A stretch of 24,000 bases of DNA from NCBI GenBank assembly GCA_934757865.1, contig CAKVLS010000001.1, forward strand, positions 243,545 to 267,544, read 5' to 3'. The notes under the pieces are model-generated. The model ran no database searches. It was not told the origin of the DNA and was given only the letters and a program-made list of their open reading frames with translations. Source of the DNA: an uncultured Clostridia bacterium (GTDB taxonomy: Bacteria > Bacillota > Clostridia > Christensenellales > UBA1242). Positions 9,293-17,443 of this stretch are shown one piece after another. Position 1 is the first letter of the stretch, and every line of letters begins with the position of its first letter. The translations under genes were made by a program, and so were the position numbers.

Positions 9293-9679
9293 ATGGCATT
9301 TAACGGAAATCTATATCAAGATAGTGATAACGGCAAAGTATTTTGTAACAAAAATATTATGCTTTCTATAATCAATTTGGCAGCAAAAGAGATTAGCGGT
9401 GTATCATCTCTTACAGCAAAATTTGGTAGCAGAATCAAAAGATGGCTTTCTCCTTCTAACTACTTTGAAGGGGTTAAGGTATCTGATAACAAAGACGGTA
9501 TCAATATAGATGTTTATATCAATGTATTCTTTGGGTATAGCGTGTCAGATGTAGCTTATAGAGTTCAAGAGAATATCAAAAACAACATCGCATCTATGCT
9601 TGACTCAAAGATAAATACCATCAATGTTCATGTTATGGGTGTTGATTTTTCTAAAGAAGAATTGTCAAAAAATATGTAA
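9293..9679 (+). CDS. Asp23/Gls24 family envelope stress response protein
   Basis: IINLAAKEISGVSSLTAKFG...GINIDVYINVFFGYSVSDVAYRVQENIKNNIASM...INTINVHVMGVDF; family pattern and classical position before nusB. Confidence 0.93.
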   Translation: MAFNGNLYQDSDNGKVFCNKNIMLSIINLAAKEISGVSSLTAKFGSRIKRWLSPSNYFEGVKVSDNKDGINIDVYINVFFGYSVSDVAYRVQENIKNNIASMLDSKINTINVHVMGVDFSKEELSKNM

Positions 9680-9686
9680 CAGATTT

Positions 9687-9711
9687 GCCTTCTTTTTAAG
9701 AAGGCTTTTTT
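9687..9711 (+). terminator. Intrinsic terminator between the Asp23 gene and nusB
   Basis: GCCTTCTT-ttt-AAGAAGGC followed by TTTTTT. Confidence 0.85.
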
Positions 9712-9732
9712 GGTGAAAGGAAGAAATTTTTT

Positions 9733-10122
9733 ATGAGTAGAAGAAATTGTAGAGATAGTTTATTTAAGTTAATATTCGAATATCTATTTAACAAAGATAT
9801 GGTAGCTAATGAGGCGCTAGATAATATTGCAGAAGGCATGCCCATTGAGGACCAAAAGTATGTCCTAGATAACTTCGCAAGCATTGTAGAAAATTATGAT
9901 AAGCTTACAGCTACCATCGCAGATGCAACACAAGGTTATGAGCTAAAAAGAATATACAAGGTAGACCTTGCTATACTACTTGACGCTGTGTATGAGATAG
10001 AGTATCTAAAAGAGCCAGTAGCCGTTGTTATCAACGAAGCTGTAGAACTTGCTAAAAAGTATTCTAACGAAAAGAGCCCGTCATTTATTAACGGAATTTT
10101 GTCAAAAATAGTTAATAAATAG
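9733..10122 (+). CDS. nusB: Transcription antitermination factor NusB
   Basis: MSRRNCRDSLFKLIFEYLF...IYKVDLAILLDAVYEIEYLKEPVAVVINEAVELAKKYSNEKSPSFINGILSKI. Confidence 0.96.
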   Translation: MSRRNCRDSLFKLIFEYLFNKDMVANEALDNIAEGMPIEDQKYVLDNFASIVENYDKLTATIADATQGYELKRIYKVDLAILLDAVYEIEYLKEPVAVVINEAVELAKKYSNEKSPSFINGILSKIVNK

Positions 10123-10132
10123 AGGAGTAAAC

Positions 10133-11314
10133 ATGGGACTTAGAACATTAAGTGTTACTGAGGTTTCAAACTATGTAGCAAATGTCTTTGAGGCGGAAGA
10201 AATGCTGCATGACATCTCTGTAAGGGGAGAGGTTAGTGGATTCCAAATCAAAAGCGGTATAGCATATTTTTCGTTAAAAGATAGCAACTGCATTATTAGT
10301 TGTATAGCTTTTGGTGCGGAGAAATTTGGCGAGATAAAAAATGGTGACGATGTCTTAGCTGTTGGAACTGTTAGGTACTATGCTAAGGGCGGAAGACTTA
10401 ATTTTAATGTTTATAAACTTGAGCCGTACGGCATGGGTGATATATATAAGCAATTTTTGCTACTAAAAGAAAAACTAGAAAAAGAAGGACTTTTTGATAT
10501 AAAACATAAAAAGCCACTTCCAGAAAACATAAAAACAATAGGGGTAGTATCTTCAAGTACAGGCGCTGTTATACATGATATTATAGATGTGTCAACAAGG
10601 CGAAATCCTAGTATCAACATCAAACTTTTCCCTGCCAAAGTACAAGGAGAGGGGGCAGACCTTACTATAATTGATGGCTTAGAGTATTTTGAAAATACCG
10701 ATGTTGATGTAGTTATAGTAGCTCGTGGTGGTGGCTCGTATGAAGATTTGCAGCCATTTAACTCAGAAGCTCTTGCTAGAAAAGTATACGAGTGCAATAA
10801 AGTTATTGTTTCTGCGGTAGGACACGAAACAGATTATACAATTATAGATTTTGTGGCAGACCTTAGAGCTCCTACACCGTCAGCGGCAGCTGAAATCGTG
10901 ACTCAAGATGTCTTAGTATTAAGACAAAATATTGAAAATTTGAGGTATGACTTAGTATCTAATTTTGAAAATTTGGTTAACAAAAAGTTAGAGCTATTGC
11001 AAGAAAATAAAGATTTAATGCTAGAGAACTTTACAGATAATATTGATGCTAAGAAGTCTTATATTCTTGCCAAAAGCGAAGCTCTCGTTATGCTAAAAGA
11101 TAACATTTATGCTAAAAAAGAAGCTAAGACAAAGATGCTTACTAAACTTCTTGATAGCCTAAATCCTTTGCATATACTTATGAAAGGTTATAGCAAGATA
11201 TATAAGTCAGACAAAAATATTAAGAGTGTAAAAGACCTAAATGTTGGAGATACAGTTTCTATTGAACTTGTTGATGGAAAGGCTGTTGCCAACATTACAG
11301 GAGTTGAGGTATAG
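10133..11314 (+). CDS. xseA: Exodeoxyribonuclease VII large subunit
   Basis: LSVTEVSNYVANVFEAEEMLHDISVRGEVSGFQIKSGIAYFSLKD...VARGGGSYEDLQPFNSEALARKVYECNKVIVSAVGHETDYTIIDFVADLRAPTPSAAAE. Confidence 0.98.
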   Translation: MGLRTLSVTEVSNYVANVFEAEEMLHDISVRGEVSGFQIKSGIAYFSLKDSNCIISCIAFGAEKFGEIKNGDDVLAVGTVRYYAKGGRLNFNVYKLEPYGMGDIYKQFLLLKEKLEKEGLFDIKHKKPLPENIKTIGVVSSSTGAVIHDIIDVSTRRNPSINIKLFPAKVQGEGADLTIIDGLEYFENTDVDVVIVARGGGSYEDLQPFNSEALARKVYECNKVIVSAVGHETDYTIIDFVADLRAPTPSAAAEIVTQDVLVLRQNIENLRYDLVSNFENLVNKKLELLQENKDLMLENFTDNIDAKKSYILAKSEALVMLKDNIYAKKEAKTKMLTKLLDSLNPLHILMKGYSKIYKSDKNIKSVKDLNVGDTVSIELVDGKAVANITGVEV

Positions 11315-11317
11315 ATT

Positions 11318-11527
11318 ATGACATTTGAACAAAATGAAAAAAGACTTGAAGAAATAGTTAATCTTTTGCAAGGAGATGTTACCCTTGAAGAAGGCACTAA
11401 ACTTTTTGAAGAGGGCGCAAATCTTATTAAAGAAAGTTTGAGTCTTTTGACCAAAACAAAAGGTAAAATTGAAACAATAAACAAAGATTTAGATAAATTT
11501 ATAAATGATACAGAGGTTAATGAATAA
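11318..11527 (+). CDS. xseB: Exodeoxyribonuclease VII small subunit
   Basis: 69 aa, MTFEQNEKRLEEIVNLLQGDVTLEEGTKLFEEGANLIKE... Confidence 0.96.
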   Translation: MTFEQNEKRLEEIVNLLQGDVTLEEGTKLFEEGANLIKESLSLLTKTKGKIETINKDLDKFINDTEVNE

Positions 11528-13254
11528 TGTATTTATCAAAATTAGTTGGAGAGAGAAGTAAACAAACTCCAAGTGGAGCTATTGTAAAAAATCATATTAT
11601 GCTACTTAGAGCAGGATATATTAAGCAAGTAGCGTCTGGTATATATACTTTACTTATGCCAGCACAAAAGAGTATATTAAAAATAGAAAAAATCGTTCGT
11701 GACGAGATGGATAAAATCGGCGGACAAGAGATGTTGTTCCCAGTTGTTATGCCAAAAGAACTTTGGGACGAAAGTGGCAGATATTCTTCTATTGGCGATG
11801 AGATGGCAAGATTTAATGATAGAAACAACCATGGTATGGTACTAGGCATGACTCACGAAGAGGCAGCTGTACACACTGTTCGCAATATTATTAAGAGTTA
11901 TGATCAGTTGCCTGTTATGATCTACCAAATGCAAACAAAATTTAGAGATGAGCCTCGCCCAAGGGCTGGACTTATAAGAGTAAGAGAGTTTACTATGAAA
12001 GATGCTTATTCTTTCCATATGACTCAAGAAGATCTTGAAAAATATTATCAAGTTGTTTTTGATTCGTATAACCGCATCTTTAAGAAAATAGGTATGAAGA
12101 ACTTTATATCAGTTCAAAGTGATACTGGTATGATGGGTGGTAAAGTTGCTCATGAGTTTATGCTTCTTACACCATCAGGAGAGGACAATCTTGTACTATG
12201 CGATAGTTGTGATTATAGAGCTAATCAAGAGGTTGCTGATTGTGTATTTGAAAAAGTTAATGGTGAAGATAAGCCTCTTACACTTGTGGCAACTCCTCAT
12301 TGTAAGACTATTGATGAAGTTTGCAGCTTCCTAAAATCAAAACCTGAGCTAAGTTGCAAAGCTGTTTGCTATGCTGTTAAAGGCGATAACAACCGTAGCG
12401 TAGTTGTATTTATTAGAGGCGATTTAGAGGTTAATGAGATTAAACTAAGTAAGATTGTTAAAGCTGAAGTTGTTCCTAATGACTTAACTAATAGCAAGCT
12501 TGTTGCAGGTTTTATTGGACCTTACAACATAGAGCTTGATGACGGAACAGAAGTCGTTTTTGATAAATCTTTAGAATGTATGCAAGGACTTATTGCTGGT
12601 GGTAACAAAGAAGGCTTCCACTATGAGGGGCTTTCTATGTCAAGAGATGTAAAAGATGCTAAGTTCTATGATATAGCTAATGTTCAAGAGGGCATGACTT
12701 GTCCTAAGTGTGGTAAAGGTCATCTTCATCTAAGCAAAGGTATTGAAATAGGAAATATCTTCCAACTAGGTACTAAATACACTAAGAGTATGGGTATGAC
12801 TGTACATGATAAAGATGGCAATGAAATTAACCCAATCATGGGCTGCTATGGTATAGGTATAGGCAGAGCTCTTGGTAGTGTTCTTGAAGAGTGGAGTGAT
12901 GAAAAAGGACTTGTATTCCCAATGAGTATAGCTCCATGGCAAGTTGTTTTGTGTCCTTTGAGACTAAATGACGAAAAGGTTCTTGCAGAGACAAATAGAT
13001 TGTATGAAGAACTTACAAAGAGCGGAGTTGAAGTTCTTTATGATGATAGAGATATTTCAGCTGGTGCAAAGTTTGCCGAAAGCGAGCTTATGGGTATGCC
13101 AATAAGAGTGGTAGTAAGTCCAAGATCGTTAGAAAATGGCGAAGTTGAAATAACAATTCGTAAGTCTGGCGAAAAGATTATGGAAAAGGCAGAAAATGCT
13201 GTTTCAAAAGTAAAAGAATTGATTGCTGCCGAGATGAAAGAGTACAAGTGTTAG
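11527..13254 (+). CDS. proS: Prolyl-tRNA synthetase (bacterial type)
   Basis: 575 aa, [43 protein letters not shown]-like N-terminus, [47 protein letters not shown]. Confidence 0.98.
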   Translation: [575 protein letters not shown]

Positions 13255-13266
13255 GATATTTATTAG

Positions 13267-13297
13267 TAAGGGCGATTTTGTCGCCCTTATTTTTTTG
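13267..13297 (+). terminator. Intrinsic terminator after proS
   Basis: TAAGGGCGA-ttttg-TCGCCCTTA followed by T8. Confidence 0.93.
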
Positions 13298-13388
13298 ATC
13301 AAAATTGTATTGCTAATTTACTTTTGTCTATTATTTAACCCGAAAAAGTTTAATTTTTGAGCCAATTAGCTAATTACTTTGAAAACAC

Positions 13389-13417
13389 TTGAAAATTATC
13401 ATAATTTATGCTATAAT
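13389..13417 (+). promoter_or_regulatory. Near-consensus vegetative promoter for the large ncRNA
   Basis: TTGAAA (13389-13394), 17-bp spacer, extended -10 TGcTATAAT (13409-13417); predicted start near 13424. Confidence 0.85.
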
Positions 13418-13423
13418 CTCAAT

Positions 13424-14044
13424 ATACATATATTAAGATACAGTATTCTAGTCGAGAGATGTTGTTTGGAAGGTGATTTAGTCATAAAGCACCATAGAGC
13501 ACATCGATGAAACTTCTGGTGTGTGCTTCGGTTGCCCAAACTGGGGTGCATGCTGGAAGGTAGAATTATGGAAGGACTATAACGGCATATAGTTTTCTCT
13601 CCATTTTTCGCGGAGGCTTATCTCGGTAAATAGGTCTAATGGTCTTATTTACTGACTAAGATTAAACCTGCTATGCGGCAAAATATAAAGCTGTGTACAG
13701 AGTAGCTTGCTATGAGTGGAGTATTGCGAATTAGTGTCTTAGTGGCTGTTTGCTGGCCGGCGACAGCTACTATCTGGCTATGAAACATATTCTGCAAAAA
13801 TAGATAAAAACGGCGTCTTTCGTTAAGGAAAACTTCTAGACTGTTAACAAGTATTTGTTTTGCTTATTAGGGATTATAGTGTGGTCTTATAGGCGATTTG
13901 GTTAGGCGAGTGGTAACACCGCCTTGCGGAGATTAAATGGAAACGGCTTGTGCGGCGACGGCAAGTTCTCAGTAGGGAAATCCTACCAAACCAATGCCGC
14001 AAGGTTTACTTAATAAGTATTCTTAATTAATATGTATATTTTTT
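13424..14044 (+). ncRNA. ole: OLE RNA (ornate large extremophilic RNA) candidate, about 620 nt
   Basis: About 780-nt ORF-free interval between the proS terminator and the membrane protein gene. Locus context (xseA/xseB upstream, argR-recN-spoIVB-spo0A downstream) and the immediately downstream OapA-like membrane protein match known OLE loci. Many helices: 5'/3' closing stem 13421-13441 / 14017-14040; CCTTGCGG 13922-13929 / CCGCAAGG 13997-14004; TAGTGGCTGT 13740-13749 / ACAGCTACTA 13763-13772; GGTAAATA 13625-13632 / TATTTACT 13646-13653; ACTATA 13576-13581 / TATAGT 13588-13593; GTAGG 13972-13976 / CCTAC 13982-13986. Ends in a T6 tract. Exact boundaries inferred. Confidence 0.85.
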
Positions 14045-14076
14045 ATAATATAATGGAGTAGAATAAATAATTTATT

Positions 14077-14682
14077 ATGGAAAGTCCGAGTGGTGAAAAC
14101 CCGAATAGTACCAAACAAAAACCTCAAAAAGATAAAGTAACAACAAAGAATAAAAAACCTTTCAAATACGCATGGCCAATTAAAGCTGGTATATTAACAC
14201 TTATGCTTGCTCTTATGTTTGGCGTATTGTCAGAGGTGCTTTTGTCCAACGCAAGTATAGTTATAGCAATCATCGTTATAGTATTCCTTATGGCAATTAG
14301 TATTGTATTTGATCTTATAGGTGTTGCATTTGCTTGTTGTCCGTTGGAGCCTATTCTTGCAATGGCGTCAAGAAAGGTAAGAGGTAGTAAGGCTGCCATT
14401 GCCATGGTAAGAAGAGGAGACATTGTATCTTCTGTTTGCTCTGACATTATAGGTGATATGTGTGGTATCCTAAGTGGTGCTGCAGGTGCTGCTGTTGCGG
14501 CAAAAATTATTATGTCACAAACTGGAGCAGTAGCGGTAATTATTGCGTCTGTTGTATCAGCTGTTATTACAGCTCTTACTGTATTTGGTAAAGCTATGTG
14601 TAAGCGTCTTGCTGTTGAAAAATGTGTTCCTATTGTATCTTTTGTAAGTAAATTATTAAGCATTTTTAGTAAGAACAAATAA
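14077..14682 (+). CDS. oapA: OLE-associated membrane protein OapA-like
   Basis: 201 aa, basic N-terminal region then about 4 hydrophobic segments; FDLIGVAFACCPLEPILAMASRKVRGSKAAIAMVRRGDIVSSVCSDIIGDMCGILSGAAGAAVAAKI resembles the OapA core as I recall it; immediately downstream of the candidate OLE RNA. No strong SD upstream of ATG 14077, so the start is provisional. Confidence 0.85.
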   Translation: MESPSGENPNSTKQKPQKDKVTTKNKKPFKYAWPIKAGILTLMLALMFGVLSEVLLSNASIVIAIIVIVFLMAISIVFDLIGVAFACCPLEPILAMASRKVRGSKAAIAMVRRGDIVSSVCSDIIGDMCGILSGAAGAAVAAKIIMSQTGAVAVIIASVVSAVITALTVFGKAMCKRLAVEKCVPIVSFVSKLLSIFSKNK

Positions 14683-14716
14683 TCTAATAATATAGAAAAA
14701 TAATAGAGTAGTACCG

Positions 14717-14746
14717 AGTAGTACCTGTTTTGGGTGCTACTTTTTT
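14717..14746 (+). terminator. Intrinsic terminator after oapA-like gene
   Basis: AGTAGTACC-tgttttg-GGTGCTACT (one G-U pair) followed by T6. Confidence 0.85.
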
Positions 14747-14899
14747 ATTTTATTTAGAGATTTTGGGCTGTTTTAAGCTATCTTAGTCTCTACATTTTGT
14801 GATGGGGTTGTGTTTAATATTTTCGCTTATATACAATATTTTGTATACATTTATATTTATGCAATACTATATGTATGGTTTTTCTATTTTCTGTATGTT

Positions 14900-15010
14900 T
14901 ATGCAAAAAATTATTGCATAAATATTCAAAAAGTACTTGCATAAATATTTATCAAAGTGTATAATTATGTTCGAGCGATTGAAAATTTATGCATAAATAT
15001 TTATGCATAA
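14900..15010 (+). promoter_or_regulatory. argR promoter with ArgR operator (ARG box) cluster
   Basis: Promoter TTGCAT (14937-14942), 17 bp, TATAAT (14960-14965). TGCATAAATATT occurs at 14915, 14938 and 14990; the last lies in the perfect 24-bp palindrome TTATGCATAAATATTTATGCATAA (14987-15010). Confidence 0.8.
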
Positions 15011-15043
15011 TTATAAACCCCAAAAAAAAGGAGATATAGAGCT

Positions 15044-15502
15044 ATGACAAGATCTGTTAGACAATCTAAGATTTTGGATATCATTTCTGCATACGAGATT
15101 GAGACACAAGAAGATTTGGTTAATCAATTAAGAGCGGCTAACTTCGATGTAACACAAGCCACAATTAGCAGAGATATCAAAGAGCTTGGTCTTATCAAAA
15201 TACTTTCGTCTGAGAGCAATAAGTATAAGTATGCTGTTGTAGACGCTAGCGAAAAGCAGACTTCTAATAAGTATCTATATCTTTTTAAGGAATCGGTTAT
15301 TTCTATTAAGCAGGCACAATCTTTTGTTGTTCTTAAAACTCTTAAAGGTATGGCTAATGCTATATCTAATATGCTTGATAAATTTAACTTAGAGAACCTT
15401 ATGGGTTGTACTTTTGGCGATGATACTGTACTGGCTATTTTCCCAGACAGTACAGATAGTATCAAAGCTCTTGGAAAACTAACCGATATGTTTAATGCCT
15501 AA
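15044..15502 (+). CDS. argR: Arginine repressor
   Basis: MTRSVRQSKILDIISAYEIETQEDLVNQLRAANFDVTQATISRDIKELGLIKI...GTFGDDTVLAIFPDSTD. Confidence 0.96.
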   Translation: MTRSVRQSKILDIISAYEIETQEDLVNQLRAANFDVTQATISRDIKELGLIKILSSESNKYKYAVVDASEKQTSNKYLYLFKESVISIKQAQSFVVLKTLKGMANAISNMLDKFNLENLMGCTFGDDTVLAIFPDSTDSIKALGKLTDMFNA

Positions 15503-15628
15503 ACGACTTAAAGTTTTTGACCACCACAAGAATGGCATATTCAAATAGTCAAAAGTCATAGCTAATTGATAATAAGCAGTATCTAATAGATAATAAATAA
15601 TATATATTATATTGTATAGATAAAAAAG

Positions 15629-15661
15629 AATCATTTGCGCTTATCTCGCAAGTGATTTTTT
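15629..15661 (+). terminator. Intrinsic terminator between argR and recN
   Basis: AATCATTTGCG-cttatct-CGCAAGTGATT followed by a T tract; upstream A tract makes it potentially bidirectional. Confidence 0.85.
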
Positions 15662-15719
15662 GTTATTTATTGTTGTTATTTTTGGTCATATTTGTTATAA
15701 TTTTAGCAGGTGGAATTTT

Positions 15720-17420
15720 ATGTTAAGTTATCTAAAAATAAATAATGTAGCTTTGATTGATAGTCTTACGATTAACTTTTGTGATGGCTTTAATGTTTTG
15801 ACCGGCGAAACAGGTGCTGGTAAAAGTATTATTGTTGATTCCCTAACTTTTGTTTTGGGCGGAAAAGTTAACAAAAATCTTATCAGGTCTGGACAATCTC
15901 AAATGAGAGTCGAGGCTATGTTTGACGGTCCTTTTGACAAGAAGATAACTGACATTTTGGCAGAATATGATATAGAAGAAGATGGCGAGCTTTTGATAAC
16001 TAGGTCTTATACAGAAAATGGCAAAAACGATATAAAAGTTAACGGCAGCACCATTACAACAACTATGCTAAAACCTATAACCTCAGCCTTAGTAGATATT
16101 TTGGGTCAACACGAGCACCAGTCTATTTTGAAAGAGAAATTCCAACTAGATATAATAGATATATTGGGCGGAACAGATATAAGCTTGCTAAAAGTAAATG
16201 TAAGTGACCTTTATACAAAACTTCAAAATATCAATAGAGAGATAGAATCTCTAGGTAGTGATGCTCACAGTAGAGAGCGTATGATGGACCTTCTACAATA
16301 TCAAATAAAAGAAATAGAAACCTTTGGGCTAAAAGAAGGCGAAGAAGAAGAACTTACTAATGAAAGGCTAAAAAGTCTAAACGGCGAAAAGATAACAACA
16401 GGTCTTAACCTTGCTTGTAACGAATTATCTAACGCTAATTACAGCGTTTGTGATGGCATCAAAAAGTCTATCTCAGCTCTAAATAGTATCGTAAAATATG
16501 ATGAGAGATTAGACAATATAATTGCTAGATTAGACTCGGCTAAGATAGAACTTCAAGATATAGCTGATACATTAGAGCAGTATAACGAAGAGTGCACTTT
16601 TGATGAGAGCTATTTTGAGAAAATAGACAAGAGGTTAGACGAACTAAAAAGCCTAAAGAAAAAGTATGGTTCAAGCTACGAAGAAATAATGCAGTTCCTA
16701 AATAGCGCAAAAACTGAGTTTGACAATTTGGTTAATAGCGAAGGTAGACTAAGAGAGCTGAATGACGAAAAGGCACAAGTTGTAACAGAGTTATACAAAG
16801 ACTCTGTTAAACTATCAAATGCAAGAAAATTGACAGCCAAAAAGTTTGAGTTCCTTGTAAAAGGACAGCTTGATGACCTTGGTATGAAAAATGCTAATTT
16901 CCAAATTGACTTTGAGCCATTTGGCGATAAAGACGAGGTTAAGTATACATCTAACGGACTTGATAAAGTTACATATATGTTCACCGCCAATGTAGGTCAG
17001 CCGTTGAAATCTCTATCTGAAATTATCTCTGGTGGTGAGATGAGCAGATTTATGCTAGGACTAAAAAATATACTAGCTGATATAGATGATATCGGCACTA
17101 TGGTATTTGACGAAATTGACACCGGTATTAGCGGTAATATCGGTTATGTTATAGCTTGCATGATGGCTAACATCTCTCACAAGCACCAAGTTATAGCTAT
17201 ATCTCATTTACCTCAAATAGCTGCTATGGCAGATAAAAACTTCTTTATAGAAAAAACCATAGTTAATGTCGACACTGTAACTAGTCTAAAAGAGCTTGAC
17301 GAGGCTGGCGTTCTTACAGAAGTTTCTAGACTATCTGGTGGACAGAGCGGAAGTCTTGTTTCTCTAGACCATGCAAAAGAGCTAAGAGATACTTGTAACA
17401 ATTATAAAAAAAGTATTTAG
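15720..17420 (+). CDS. recN: DNA repair protein RecN
   Basis: MLSYLKINNVALIDSLTINFCDGFNVLTGETGAGKSIIVDSL...LSEIISGGEMSRFMLGLKNI...TMVFDEIDTGISG. Start at ATG 15720 with aggtgg SD rather than 15660, which lies in the terminator. Confidence 0.97.
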   Translation: MLSYLKINNVALIDSLTINFCDGFNVLTGETGAGKSIIVDSLTFVLGGKVNKNLIRSGQSQMRVEAMFDGPFDKKITDILAEYDIEEDGELLITRSYTENGKNDIKVNGSTITTTMLKPITSALVDILGQHEHQSILKEKFQLDIIDILGGTDISLLKVNVSDLYTKLQNINREIESLGSDAHSRERMMDLLQYQIKEIETFGLKEGEEEELTNERLKSLNGEKITTGLNLACNELSNANYSVCDGIKKSISALNSIVKYDERLDNIIARLDSAKIELQDIADTLEQYNEECTFDESYFEKIDKRLDELKSLKKKYGSSYEEIMQFLNSAKTEFDNLVNSEGRLRELNDEKAQVVTELYKDSVKLSNARKLTAKKFEFLVKGQLDDLGMKNANFQIDFEPFGDKDEVKYTSNGLDKVTYMFTANVGQPLKSLSEIISGGEMSRFMLGLKNILADIDDIGTMVFDEIDTGISGNIGYVIACMMANISHKHQVIAISHLPQIAAMADKNFFIEKTIVNVDTVTSLKELDEAGVLTEVSRLSGGQSGSLVSLDHAKELRDTCNNYKKSI

Positions 17421-17443
17421 TACATAAATTACACATAAAAGCA

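Noticed and set aside
13298-13388. Possible T-box or other leader element between proS and the ncRNA
   Set aside because: Located downstream of the proS terminator, AT-rich with no T-box motif and no clear structure before the ncRNA promoter.
13424-14044. Alternative identities for the ncRNA: RNase P RNA, tmRNA, group I/II intron, riboswitch
   Set aside because: I find no GAGGAAAGTCC/ACAGAA-type RNase P motifs, no tmRNA-like tag frame or alanyl acceptor end, no domain V-like group II hairpin, and the length is far above common riboswitches. Context fits OLE better, though only a covariance search would settle it.
14124-14678. 184-aa minus-strand ORF opposite the oapA-like gene
   Set aside because: Mirror ORF of a coding region with low-complexity threonine/isoleucine composition; the plus strand has the coherent membrane protein.
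14706-14725. Direct repeat AGTAGTACCGAGTAGTACC after oapA as a possible array
   Set aside because: Only two copies, and the second copy is simply the 5' arm of the terminator hairpin.
15660-15719. N-terminal extension of RecN (MLFIVVIFGHICYNFSRWNF)
   Set aside because: Begins inside the terminator T tract; MLSYLKINNVALID at 15720 is the typical RecN start.
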